Source of the DNA: a virus
Taxonomy: Duplodnaviria; Caudoviricetes
IMG/VR virus record: IMGVR_UViG_3300037515_000989
Coordinates: 1 to 29,676 of that record
Strand: one strand, 5' to 3'
DNA: 29,676 nt
In this document: one piece after another, positions 6,852-14,184 of the stretch
Layout: every line of letters begins with the position of its first letter
Numbering within the stretch: position 1 is the first letter of the stretch
Notes under the pieces: generated by a model
The model's database searches: none
What the model saw: the letters and a program-made list of their open reading frames with translations, nothing else
What the model was told of the DNA's origin: nothing
Position numbers and translations under genes: made by a program

Positions 6852-8428
6852 CCCGGGTGGTGAGACTCCAGCACCCAATGCACTATGTGATGACCGGCGC
6901 CGGGATGCCCGCGTCGCAGGTCAACATTCCGCGGATCAATGCGCTGTCGTACGACGGCGCGTCGTCGGTCCGCCGCGCCCTCAAAGATTGGTGGCCGATC
7001 GAGACGTCGGCCGATGACGACACGATCTACGACCTGCCGACCCTGCGCGGCCGCTCGCGTGATCTCCTCCGCAATAACGGCTGGGCCGCGGGGGCCGCGC
7101 AGACCACCACGACGAACGTCATCGGCGCCGGCCTTCGCCCGAAGGCCACCCTCGACCACGAATACCTCGGATTGTCCGAAGACCAGGCCGAGCAGTGGGA
7201 GAACATGGCCGAGCGCATCTTCCGCGTGTGGTGTGCGCAGTGTGATCTCACGCGCCGCCAGGCGTTCGCCGGTCTGCAGGAAGTCGCGTTCCGCGCGATC
7301 TTCGAAGCCGGGGACGTGCTGGCCATCCGTCGCCACCGTCAGCGACGGGGCGATCTGTTAGGCACGAAGCTCCAACTCCTCGAGGCCGAACGCGTCTGCA
7401 ACCCCCATCACCTGCCGGACATCGATCGTCTCATCGCCGGCGTCCAGTTGGATCCGGATGGCGCCCCCACCCGTTACCACTACACGAACCGCCATCCGAA
7501 CGCGATCACGTTCACCGGGGAACCGGTGGTGTGGCGGCAGGTGCCGGCGTTCGGGTCGACGGGGATGCGCCTGGTCCTGCACGTCGTGCGGCCACTGCGT
7601 CCCGGACAAACGCGTGGCGTGCCGGTCCTAGCCCCGGTGATCGAGAAGCTGAAGCAGCTCGCGCGGTATGGCGACGCCGAACTGATGGCCGCCGTCGTGA
7701 GTGCCATGTTCACGGTCTTCGTCAAATCCGAGGGCGCGTCCGATGAGAGCAACACCCTGCTGGAATCGTTGGAGGGGCTCGAGCAGCAGAGCGGCGATCC
7801 GAAGACGGATTACAAGCTGGGGTATGGCACGATGGTCGGGTTGGAGCCGGGCGAGGACATCCAGACGGCCAACCCCGGGCGCCCGAACGACAAGTTCGAT
7901 CCGTTCGTGCAGTCGATCTTGCGCGAGGTGGGCGTAGCGATCGAGATCCCGTTCGAGCTGCTCATCAAGCACTTCGAGTCGTCGTACTCCGCCGCCCGCG
8001 CCGCCTTGCTGGAAGCGTGGCGCGCATTCACGACCAAGCGGCATTGGTTCGCCGGCGCGTTCTGTCAGCCGTCGTACGAGTTCGCGATCAGCGAGGCCGT
8101 CGCACGCAACCTCCTTCCGGCGCCGGGCTTCCTGACGGATCCGCTGATGCGTGCGGCGTGGCTCGGCACCGAATGGCACGGGCCCGGCCAGGCGCAGATC
8201 GATCCGCTGAAGGAGATGAAGGCGTACCAGGTCGCGGTCAGCGAGGAATTCATGACGCGGAATGAAGTGACCGCGTTGACGACGGGCGGAGACTGGGAGC
8301 GGAAGCACCGGCAGCGCACCAAGGAAGAGCGGATGCGTCGAGAAGACGGGCTCGCCGGCGCCGATGGAGCGCGTGACACAGCAGAGGACGACACCACGCC
8401 CGACGAGGACGATGATGCCGAAGCGTAA
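6848..8428 (+). CDS. Portal protein, lambda family
   Basis: LRGRSRDLLRNN.WA.GA, NVIGAGL, LQLLEAERV, RPGQTRGVP.LAPV, LEPGEDI, SSYSAARAALLE, IDPLKE. Confidence 0.97.
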   Translation: MTRVVRLQHPMHYVMTGAGMPASQVNIPRINALSYDGASSVRRALKDWWPIETSADDDTIYDLPTLRGRSRDLLRNNGWAAGAAQTTTTNVIGAGLRPKATLDHEYLGLSEDQAEQWENMAERIFRVWCAQCDLTRRQAFAGLQEVAFRAIFEAGDVLAIRRHRQRRGDLLGTKLQLLEAERVCNPHHLPDIDRLIAGVQLDPDGAPTRYHYTNRHPNAITFTGEPVVWRQVPAFGSTGMRLVLHVVRPLRPGQTRGVPVLAPVIEKLKQLARYGDAELMAAVVSAMFTVFVKSEGASDESNTLLESLEGLEQQSGDPKTDYKLGYGTMVGLEPGEDIQTANPGRPNDKFDPFVQSILREVGVAIEIPFELLIKHFESSYSAARAALLEAWRAFTTKRHWFAGAFCQPSYEFAISEAVARNLLPAPGFLTDPLMRAAWLGTEWHGPGQAQIDPLKEMKAYQVAVSEEFMTRNEVTALTTGGDWERKHRQRTKEERMRREDGLAGADGARDTAEDDTTPDEDDDAEA

Positions 8429-9809
8429 CGGGCATCGTCGCGCGCTGCAGGCGCTCGTCAGTCGGCCGTGGGCGATCATGCGCGACTACTACGAGACCAT
8501 GTTCGCCATCGCGGCGGAGGATCCCGGCTTACTGGCCGCGATCGCCAAAGAGACGGGCGAGACGCTCGAGAACGTGCAGCACACGACCGTGCGGGACGGC
8601 GTGGCCACGATCGAGATCACGGGTCCGCTGTTCAAGCACGCGGACCTGTTGAGCGCGATCAGCGGCGCCACCACGTACGAACGCCTGGCGCGCGACGCCA
8701 ACCGCCTGATGGAGGACCCGAGCGTCGGCGCGGTCGTGGCCGAGTTCGATACGCCGGGCGGCGACGTGAACGGCTTGCTCGAGACGGCGGACCTGCTGGC
8801 GGAGTTCGCCGCGGCCGACACGAAACCCTTCATCGCGCACGTCGGTGGACTCGGCGCGTCGGCCGGCTACGTCCTGGCCAGCGCGTTCCAGGAGATCGTC
8901 GCGACGGATCTGTCGATTCTCGGCAGTCTGGGGGTCGTCAAATCGATCGTCGACTTCCGCAAGCGTGACGCGATGGAAGGCATCGAGGAGATCGAGATCA
9001 TCTCTTCGCAGTCTCCGCTCAAGCGTCCGGATGCCAAAACGAAAACCGGACACGAGCAACACCAGCGCGAGGTGAATAGCATCGCGGCCGTCGTGATCGC
9101 ACGCGTCGCGCGCTACCGTGGCGTGAGCGAGGAGACGGTCCTTGCCGACTACGGCCAGGGCGACGTCTTCATCGGCCAGCAGGCTGTCGACGCGGGGATG
9201 GCCGAACGCGTCCGCACGCTGGAGGAACTGCACGCCGAGCTCGTCGAGCAGATCAGCTCGAGGAACTCAATTTCTGTCCCGGGCAGCGCGGCTGCCACCA
9301 CCAAGGATTCGTCCATCATGAGTGATACGACGAAGGACACGACGGCCGCGCAGACTCCCGAGCAGCGCGCGGCCGCGTTCGAAGCCACTGACGCCGAGGC
9401 GGCCAACGTGCTGATCGCGAAGGGGCGCACCGCTGGCGAAACCGCCGGTGAGCAGAAAGGGCGTGAGGTTGGTGCCACGACCGAGCGTAAGCGGCTACTC
9501 GCGATCGAGCAGCTGACGGAGCCCGGCTACGAGGCGCTCATCACCGCGTGCAAGGAAGATCCGTTGTGCACGCCCGAGGCCGCGGCGCTGAAGATGAAGC
9601 AGCAGGAGCGTGCCGCCAAAACGGATCACCTGCAGTCGCTCGAGCAGGACGAGACCCAGAACAAGTTCCCGAACCCCAGCGCGGGCGAGAGCGAGAGTGC
9701 GACGGAGGAGGAACAACTCGCCGCACGCATCCTCAACGCCGGTCGTCCGCCGCAACCTGCCAGCGCGCCCAGTGTGAACTCAGCGGATAAGGAGACGAAC
9801 GCACTATGA
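8412..9809 (+). CDS. S49 (SppA/gpC-like) prohead protease with C-terminal scaffold domain
   Basis: PWAI, GVATIEITGPL, FDTPGGDVNG, GASAGYVLASA, GSLGVV, GQGDVFIGQQAVDAGMAE. Start ATG 8412 or 8415 after GAGGAC. Confidence 0.92.
   Translation: MMPKRNGHRRALQALVSRPWAIMRDYYETMFAIAAEDPGLLAAIAKETGETLENVQHTTVRDGVATIEITGPLFKHADLLSAISGATTYERLARDANRLMEDPSVGAVVAEFDTPGGDVNGLLETADLLAEFAAADTKPFIAHVGGLGASAGYVLASAFQEIVATDLSILGSLGVVKSIVDFRKRDAMEGIEEIEIISSQSPLKRPDAKTKTGHEQHQREVNSIAAVVIARVARYRGVSEETVLADYGQGDVFIGQQAVDAGMAERVRTLEELHAELVEQISSRNSISVPGSAAATTKDSSIMSDTTKDTTAAQTPEQRAAAFEATDAEAANVLIAKGRTAGETAGEQKGREVGATTERKRLLAIEQLTEPGYEALITACKEDPLCTPEAAALKMKQQERAAKTDHLQSLEQDETQNKFPNPSAGESESATEEEQLAARILNAGRPPQPASAPSVNSADKETNAL
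9318..9809 (+). CDS. Putative nested in-frame scaffolding protein (Nu3-like)
   Basis: AAGGA (9303-9307) precedes in-frame ATG 9318 (MSDTTKDTT...), at the shift to a charged helical domain, the same layout as lambda C/Nu3. Confidence 0.55.
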   Translation: MSDTTKDTTAAQTPEQRAAAFEATDAEAANVLIAKGRTAGETAGEQKGREVGATTERKRLLAIEQLTEPGYEALITACKEDPLCTPEAAALKMKQQERAAKTDHLQSLEQDETQNKFPNPSAGESESATEEEQLAARILNAGRPPQPASAPSVNSADKETNAL

Positions 9810-10186
9810 CTGACTACGGAACCCCTTCCTTTGCGTCGGCCGCGCGGAGCCTCGACTGGCTCCTGGCTGGTGACTTTCCGCGCGTCGAGGCAGAGGTCGT
9901 CATCATCACCGGCCAGGTGCTGGCCGCGGGCTCGGTGCTCGGGCGCATTACGGCCAGCGACAAGTGGAATCTGTCGCTCAGCGCCGCGGGCGACGGATCG
10001 GAAGTGCCGCGCGCGATCCTGATGGATGCGGTGGATGCCACGGGCGCCGACAAGGCGGGCCGCGTGTGGCTGACCGGTGAGTTCGCGGACGAGAAACTCG
10101 TCTTCGGGACCGCGCATACGATCGCCAGTACGAAGACCGCCCTTGCCGAGAAGGGCATTTACCTCAAGGCCACGGTCGCGTCCTAA
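9806..10186 (+). CDS. Head decoration protein (gpD-like)
   Basis: RBS AAGGAG; GQVLAAGSVLGRITASDKW...DGSEVPRAIL..AVDAT..D......GEF; lies between protease and capsid. Confidence 0.9.
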   Translation: MTDYGTPSFASAARSLDWLLAGDFPRVEAEVVIITGQVLAAGSVLGRITASDKWNLSLSAAGDGSEVPRAILMDAVDATGADKAGRVWLTGEFADEKLVFGTAHTIASTKTALAEKGIYLKATVAS

Positions 10187-10191
10187 CGACG

Positions 10192-10233
10192 CGTGCAGGC
10201 ATAAAGGAGCACGACGAGCATGGATATCTTCTC
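10192..10233 (+). other. Protospacer for CRISPR spacer 1 (capsid RBS and start codon)
   Basis: CGTGCAGGCATAAAGGAGCACGACGAGCATGGATATCTTCTC is identical, 42/42, to 1492-1533. Confidence 0.97.
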
Positions 10234-11242
10234 GACTGGTGTGCTGCGGCGCGTGGTCGCGTCCCTGGACGAGCCGCTAGCGTTCCTCCTGAACCTGTTC
10301 TTCCGCGAAGTCCAGACGGGTGACACGGAAGACATCCACTTCGACGTCGACACCACCAAACAGCGCATCACGCCGTTCGTCCACCCGATGGTGGCGGGCA
10401 AGGTGGTGCAGAGCAAAGGATGGGCGACAAAGACGTTCCGTCCGGCGTACGCGAAGGACAAGCGGAGCTTCAAGCCCGATGCGCCGATGAAGCGCTGGAT
10501 CGGCGAGCAGATCGGCGGGTCGCTGTCGCCGCAAGCGCGGCGGGATCTGGCGTTGCGCCGTGAGCTGATGGATCAATTGGAGATGCTCACCCGGCGCGAA
10601 GAAGTGATGGCGTCCGAGGCGCTCCGCACGGGCAAGGTCACCGTGACCGGGGAAGGCTACGACACGGTCGTCGTCGACTTCACGCGCTCGTCCGCGCTGA
10701 CCGTTGCGCTGACGAGCGGGGCCCAGTGGAGTGAGACCACGGCCACGGTCATCGACGATCTGGAGACGTGGGGGGATCTGATCCAGCAAACATCCGGCGC
10801 GGTCGGGATGGACGTCGTGATGGATCCGTTAGCGTGGCGGCTGTTCCGCGGGAAGGATGAAGTCAAAGCCCTCCTGGACAATCGCCGAGGCTCCGCCTCC
10901 ACGGCCGAGATCGGACCGCGCTCTGGTCGTAAGGCGCGATACGGCGGCAACATCGGCGATTACGACATCTGGATCTACCAGGACCGGTACATCGACGATG
11001 CCGGCGTCGAACAGAAGATGCTGCCGGACAACACGGTCATCGTCAGCGGCGCGCAGCTCGAGGGCGTGCGGGCGTACGGGGCCATCCAGGACGAGAAGGC
11101 GGGGTACACAGCCACCCGGTTTTTCTCGAAGTCCTGGCTCGAGGAGGACCCCGCGGTGCGGTGGCTGCTGATGCAGAGCGCGCCGCTCGTGGTGCCCTAC
11201 CGGGTCAACGCGAGCCTCTGCGCCACCGTCGTCGCACCGTAA
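10220..11242 (+). CDS. Major capsid protein, lambda gpE family
   Basis: RBS AAAGGAG; FLLNLFF, ITPFVHPMVAGKV, FRPAYAKDK, RREEVMASEAL.TGKVTVTGEGY, DPAVRWLLMQSAPLVVP. Confidence 0.96.
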   Translation: MDIFSTGVLRRVVASLDEPLAFLLNLFFREVQTGDTEDIHFDVDTTKQRITPFVHPMVAGKVVQSKGWATKTFRPAYAKDKRSFKPDAPMKRWIGEQIGGSLSPQARRDLALRRELMDQLEMLTRREEVMASEALRTGKVTVTGEGYDTVVVDFTRSSALTVALTSGAQWSETTATVIDDLETWGDLIQQTSGAVGMDVVMDPLAWRLFRGKDEVKALLDNRRGSASTAEIGPRSGRKARYGGNIGDYDIWIYQDRYIDDAGVEQKMLPDNTVIVSGAQLEGVRAYGAIQDEKAGYTATRFFSKSWLEEDPAVRWLLMQSAPLVVPYRVNASLCATVVAP

Positions 11243-11254
11243 CGGGAGGCCCTC

Positions 11255-11623
11255 ATGGCCAAGGACACACACATCGCGGCGCAGACCGTGAAGATCGACA
11301 AGACCTACTACGCGCCGGGGCAAACGCTCCCGGCGCTCGCGGACGACGAAGCTCGGCGCTTGCGGGACCGCGGGGTCATCGTCGCCGTCGGGTCGGCTGC
11401 CGCGTCGGCCTCCGACGACGACGCGGCACCGCCGCATACGCTCTCCGTCGAGAAGTTGAAGGAGCACCTGCAAACCGTCACGGAAGACACCGTGCTCGAG
11501 GAGTTGCATAACGCCGAGCGGGACCACAAGAACCGCGCGACCGCCCTCGAAGCGATCGAAGCACGGATGGTGGAACTCGACGGGACGGACGAGGACGAGG
11601 ATCCGGATCACGAGGAGCAGTAA
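11255..11623 (+). CDS. Small acidic protein after capsid (FI-like position)
   Basis: RBS GGAGG; YAPGQTL...EARRLRDRGVI N-domain, LSVEKLKEHL...ERDHKNRATALEAI C-domain; assignment by synteny. Confidence 0.6.
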   Translation: MAKDTHIAAQTVKIDKTYYAPGQTLPALADDEARRLRDRGVIVAVGSAAASASDDDAAPPHTLSVEKLKEHLQTVTEDTVLEELHNAERDHKNRATALEAIEARMVELDGTDEDEDPDHEEQ

Positions 11624-11629
11624 CCGCGC

Positions 11630-11938
11630 GTGGCATACCGGACGCAGGACCTGCCGCATCTGCTTGCCGACTTCGGCGAGTGCCTGACCTACGAGGGGCA
11701 GACCACCAATGTCCTCGTCGACTTCGAGTCGGCGCCGGTGACCATGGACGGGACGCCCCTCCAACTGGCCGCCACGGAAACGATGGTCGCCGTCGCGACG
11801 GCGGAGCTGACGGTCGGGATCCTGGCCGCGCTGGCGGTCGACGACGAGTTCGACGTCGATGGGATTCGGTATCAGTTCCGCCGGCGCGAGCTGCTCGAAG
11901 ACGGCGCGTTGACCGCCCTGATCGTGGTGAAGGCATGA
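11630..11938 (+). CDS. Head-tail joining protein (FII-like)
   Basis: LADFGE..TY...VLVD...VDGIRYQ......DGALT pattern and synteny. Confidence 0.65.
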   Translation: MAYRTQDLPHLLADFGECLTYEGQTTNVLVDFESAPVTMDGTPLQLAATETMVAVATAELTVGILAALAVDDEFDVDGIRYQFRRRELLEDGALTALIVVKA

Positions 11939-12471
11939 AGCTGAATGTCCTGCGGATGGTGACCGACTTCCTGAATGATCCGACCCACGGCGTGAACGCG
12001 CTGTTAGGCAGCATCCCGCTGGATGACGGTGAGTCCGCGCCGCCGGCGTTGACGGCCATCGTCGATACGACGCGTGCCAACGACGTCGCCAGGCTCTTTG
12101 CGGATCCGGACGAGCGGCCAACGCCCTTCGGCTTCGTGTTCGATCCGGATGATCTGGCGATCGAGGGTTGGGTCGCGAACCAGGTCACCCAGGGCACCGA
12201 GGGGCAGCTGACGATCGGGCTGGCCTTCGTCGTCGGTACCGCGCAGACCGCGGCAGGCCTCCGGGATGCGATGCTGTACCGCCGCGCGGCACGACGGTCG
12301 CTCAACCGATTGAACGGCAACGACCAGGTCGACGCGCGGAAGCGCAACCAGATCTACATCACGCGGACGGCATCGTTCACCGAAGGGGCGTCCTGGGCGC
12401 AGCTCGACGGTGGGACGCTGGCCGCGGCGCCGTTGTTTCCCCGTTACCAGGTACGAGACGATCTCCCATGA
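11935..12471 (+). CDS. Putative tail completion/terminator protein
   Basis: ATG 11935 overlaps the upstream stop (MKLNVLRMVTDFL...); position before the tail tube gene. Confidence 0.55.
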   Translation: MKLNVLRMVTDFLNDPTHGVNALLGSIPLDDGESAPPALTAIVDTTRANDVARLFADPDERPTPFGFVFDPDDLAIEGWVANQVTQGTEGQLTIGLAFVVGTAQTAAGLRDAMLYRRAARRSLNRLNGNDQVDARKRNQIYITRTASFTEGASWAQLDGGTLAAAPLFPRYQVRDDLP

Positions 12472-12677
12472 CACACGAATCAAAGGTCACGAGCGGGCAG
12501 ACGCCGCCCGCGAAGCCACCGGCACCACGCACCGGGCGCGCGCCCGCTGCGGAAGGCATCGTCGGCGGTAGCTATGTCAACGGTGAAATCGTGGCGGCGA
12601 CCAAGCCACCGAAGCCGATCGACGGCGCAACGGTGCGCGCGGCGAAACGCAAACAGGCGCGGGAGGGTAACCGATGA
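12468..12677 (+). CDS. Small Pro/Lys-rich hypothetical protein
   Basis: ATGA overlaps at both ends; MTHESKVTSGQTPPAKPPAP...GGSYVNGE. Confidence 0.6.
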   Translation: MTHESKVTSGQTPPAKPPAPRTGRAPAAEGIVGGSYVNGEIVAATKPPKPIDGATVRAAKRKQAREGNR

Positions 12678-13627
12678 CGACCCCAGTCAGTGTTGACGCC
12701 TTAGCCGTATTAATCAAACCAGAGTCCGTGCGCGGTACCGACGCGGAGCCGGTCCCGGGCGCGGATGCGGTACGCGTCGTGGGCCTCACGTGGACGAACA
12801 CCGATCACGACTTCCACTTCCCCAACACGCGCGAAGACGTGAATAGCGGCACGCTGCTGCCGCCCCCGCCGGGCACGCCCGAGGGCGAGATCGTGACGTT
12901 CCGCCTAACAGTGGAATTCAAGGGCGTAACGACGGCGATCAGCGCGTCGAATAAGCCGGAATCGGGTCCGGCCTGGCGCGCGAGCGCGTACAGCGAGACC
13001 CTGGACTTGACCGGCGGCAGCGAGACGGTCACCTACGCGCCCGCGAGCTCCGGCCACGAGTCCGCCACGGTGTACATCTACCAGGCGGGGACGTTGTGGA
13101 AGCTAGTGGGCGGGGTGTGCGGCACGACGATCGTCGCGGCCGCGGGCAACATTCTGCGCATCGAGCAGGAGTGGTCCGCGCAGTTGCTGACCATCACCGC
13201 CGCGGCGGTGCCCGGTGGACTCGTGTTCGATGACACCGAGGCCCCGAATGTCGTGGACAGCGGCCTGACGGTCGGCGCCTGGTCCCCGGACTTCCAGGAA
13301 TTTCGACTCCGCACCAACCCCACGCTGCAGCTGCTGGAGAGCGGGAATGCCGCGGATGGATTGCTCGGGTACTTCATCAGCAAGCATAATCCGGAGATCG
13401 AGATCCAGGGTCTGGTGGACGCGCTCGGCACGTACGATCCCTATGCCGATCGCCGGGCGGGGACCGCACGCGACATCGACGTGCAGTGGGGCAGCACGCA
13501 ATACGCGATGCCCGAGATCCAGGCGACGGGGTGTATTCCCACCGCGATCCGGCACGCGGATCACAACACCTTCACCGCCTACACCGTGACGTACCGCGTC
13601 GCCGGGCTCTCGGTGATTGTCTCATAG
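12674..13627 (+). CDS. Major tail tube protein
   Basis: LIKPESVRGTDAEP N-terminus, TVEFKG, VTYAPAS....SATVYIY..G...KLVG; directly precedes the chaperone and tape measure genes. Confidence 0.75.
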   Translation: MTTPVSVDALAVLIKPESVRGTDAEPVPGADAVRVVGLTWTNTDHDFHFPNTREDVNSGTLLPPPPGTPEGEIVTFRLTVEFKGVTTAISASNKPESGPAWRASAYSETLDLTGGSETVTYAPASSGHESATVYIYQAGTLWKLVGGVCGTTIVAAAGNILRIEQEWSAQLLTITAAAVPGGLVFDDTEAPNVVDSGLTVGAWSPDFQEFRLRTNPTLQLLESGNAADGLLGYFISKHNPEIEIQGLVDALGTYDPYADRRAGTARDIDVQWGSTQYAMPEIQATGCIPTAIRHADHNTFTAYTVTYRVAGLSVIVS

Positions 13628-13954
13628 ATGCCCGAGCCTGCCTTCTTTGCGGCCTTCGATCGGGTCGAGATCGCCGTCGGCGAGACCGTCCTGCGGCTGA
13701 AACCGCTGACCGTCGCCGAGTCGGTGCCGTTTCTGCGGTTGTTGCACCGCATCAACTCGGAGCGATCCGCCGAACATGTCGCCGAGCTGTTTGAACGATT
13801 TCCGGACGCCGTCGAGCAGCCCGCGCTCGGTGCGTTACCCCCCGACCAGTTCTTCGGAGCGGTGCAGGATTTTTTTTCGGTGCTGAACAGCGGGACCTGG
13901 AGGTCCAGGACGGCGGCGGTGGACGGTACGGCTCCGCCACCTTCGACGATGTGA
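13628..13954 (+). CDS. Tail assembly chaperone (gpG-like)
   Basis: Between tail tube and tape measure; LRLKPLTV motif; contains a slippery T8 run. Confidence 0.75.
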   Translation: MPEPAFFAAFDRVEIAVGETVLRLKPLTVAESVPFLRLLHRINSERSAEHVAELFERFPDAVEQPALGALPPDQFFGAVQDFFSVLNSGTWRSRTAAVDGTAPPPSTM

Positions 13955-14184
13955 TCGCGGAGTACGGCGAAACCTATGGGATGGCCGGACTGGGACAGAC
14001 GCCGTGGCCGCTGTTCCGCGCGAACGTGGAGCGCCTCGATCGCTTTGATGCCCGACGCCTCTGGTATGTCCTGGCCGGGGCCGCCGGCGCGTTCGGCGGC
14101 AGCCAGGACAAAGCGGACCAACTGCATGCCCGTGCGTATCCCAACAGCATCCCTCTCCCCAAGATCGTGGTGAGTCGTGCCTGA
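13870..14184 (+). CDS. gpT-like frame reached by -1 frameshift (G-T fusion)
   Basis: GAT TTT TTT TCG with T8 at 13870-13877. The -1 frame is open from 13870 (FFFGAEQRDLEVQD...) through the 13951-14184 ORF. Confidence 0.75.
   Translation, partial: FFFGAEQRDLEVQDGGGGRYGSATFDDVIAEYGETYGMAGLGQTPWPLFRANVERLDRFDARRLWYVLAGAAGAFGGSQDKADQLHARAYPNSIPLPKIVVSRA

Noticed and set aside
12553-12562. 10-nt match to spacer 2 (AAGGCATCGT)
   Set aside because: Too short to be meaningful.
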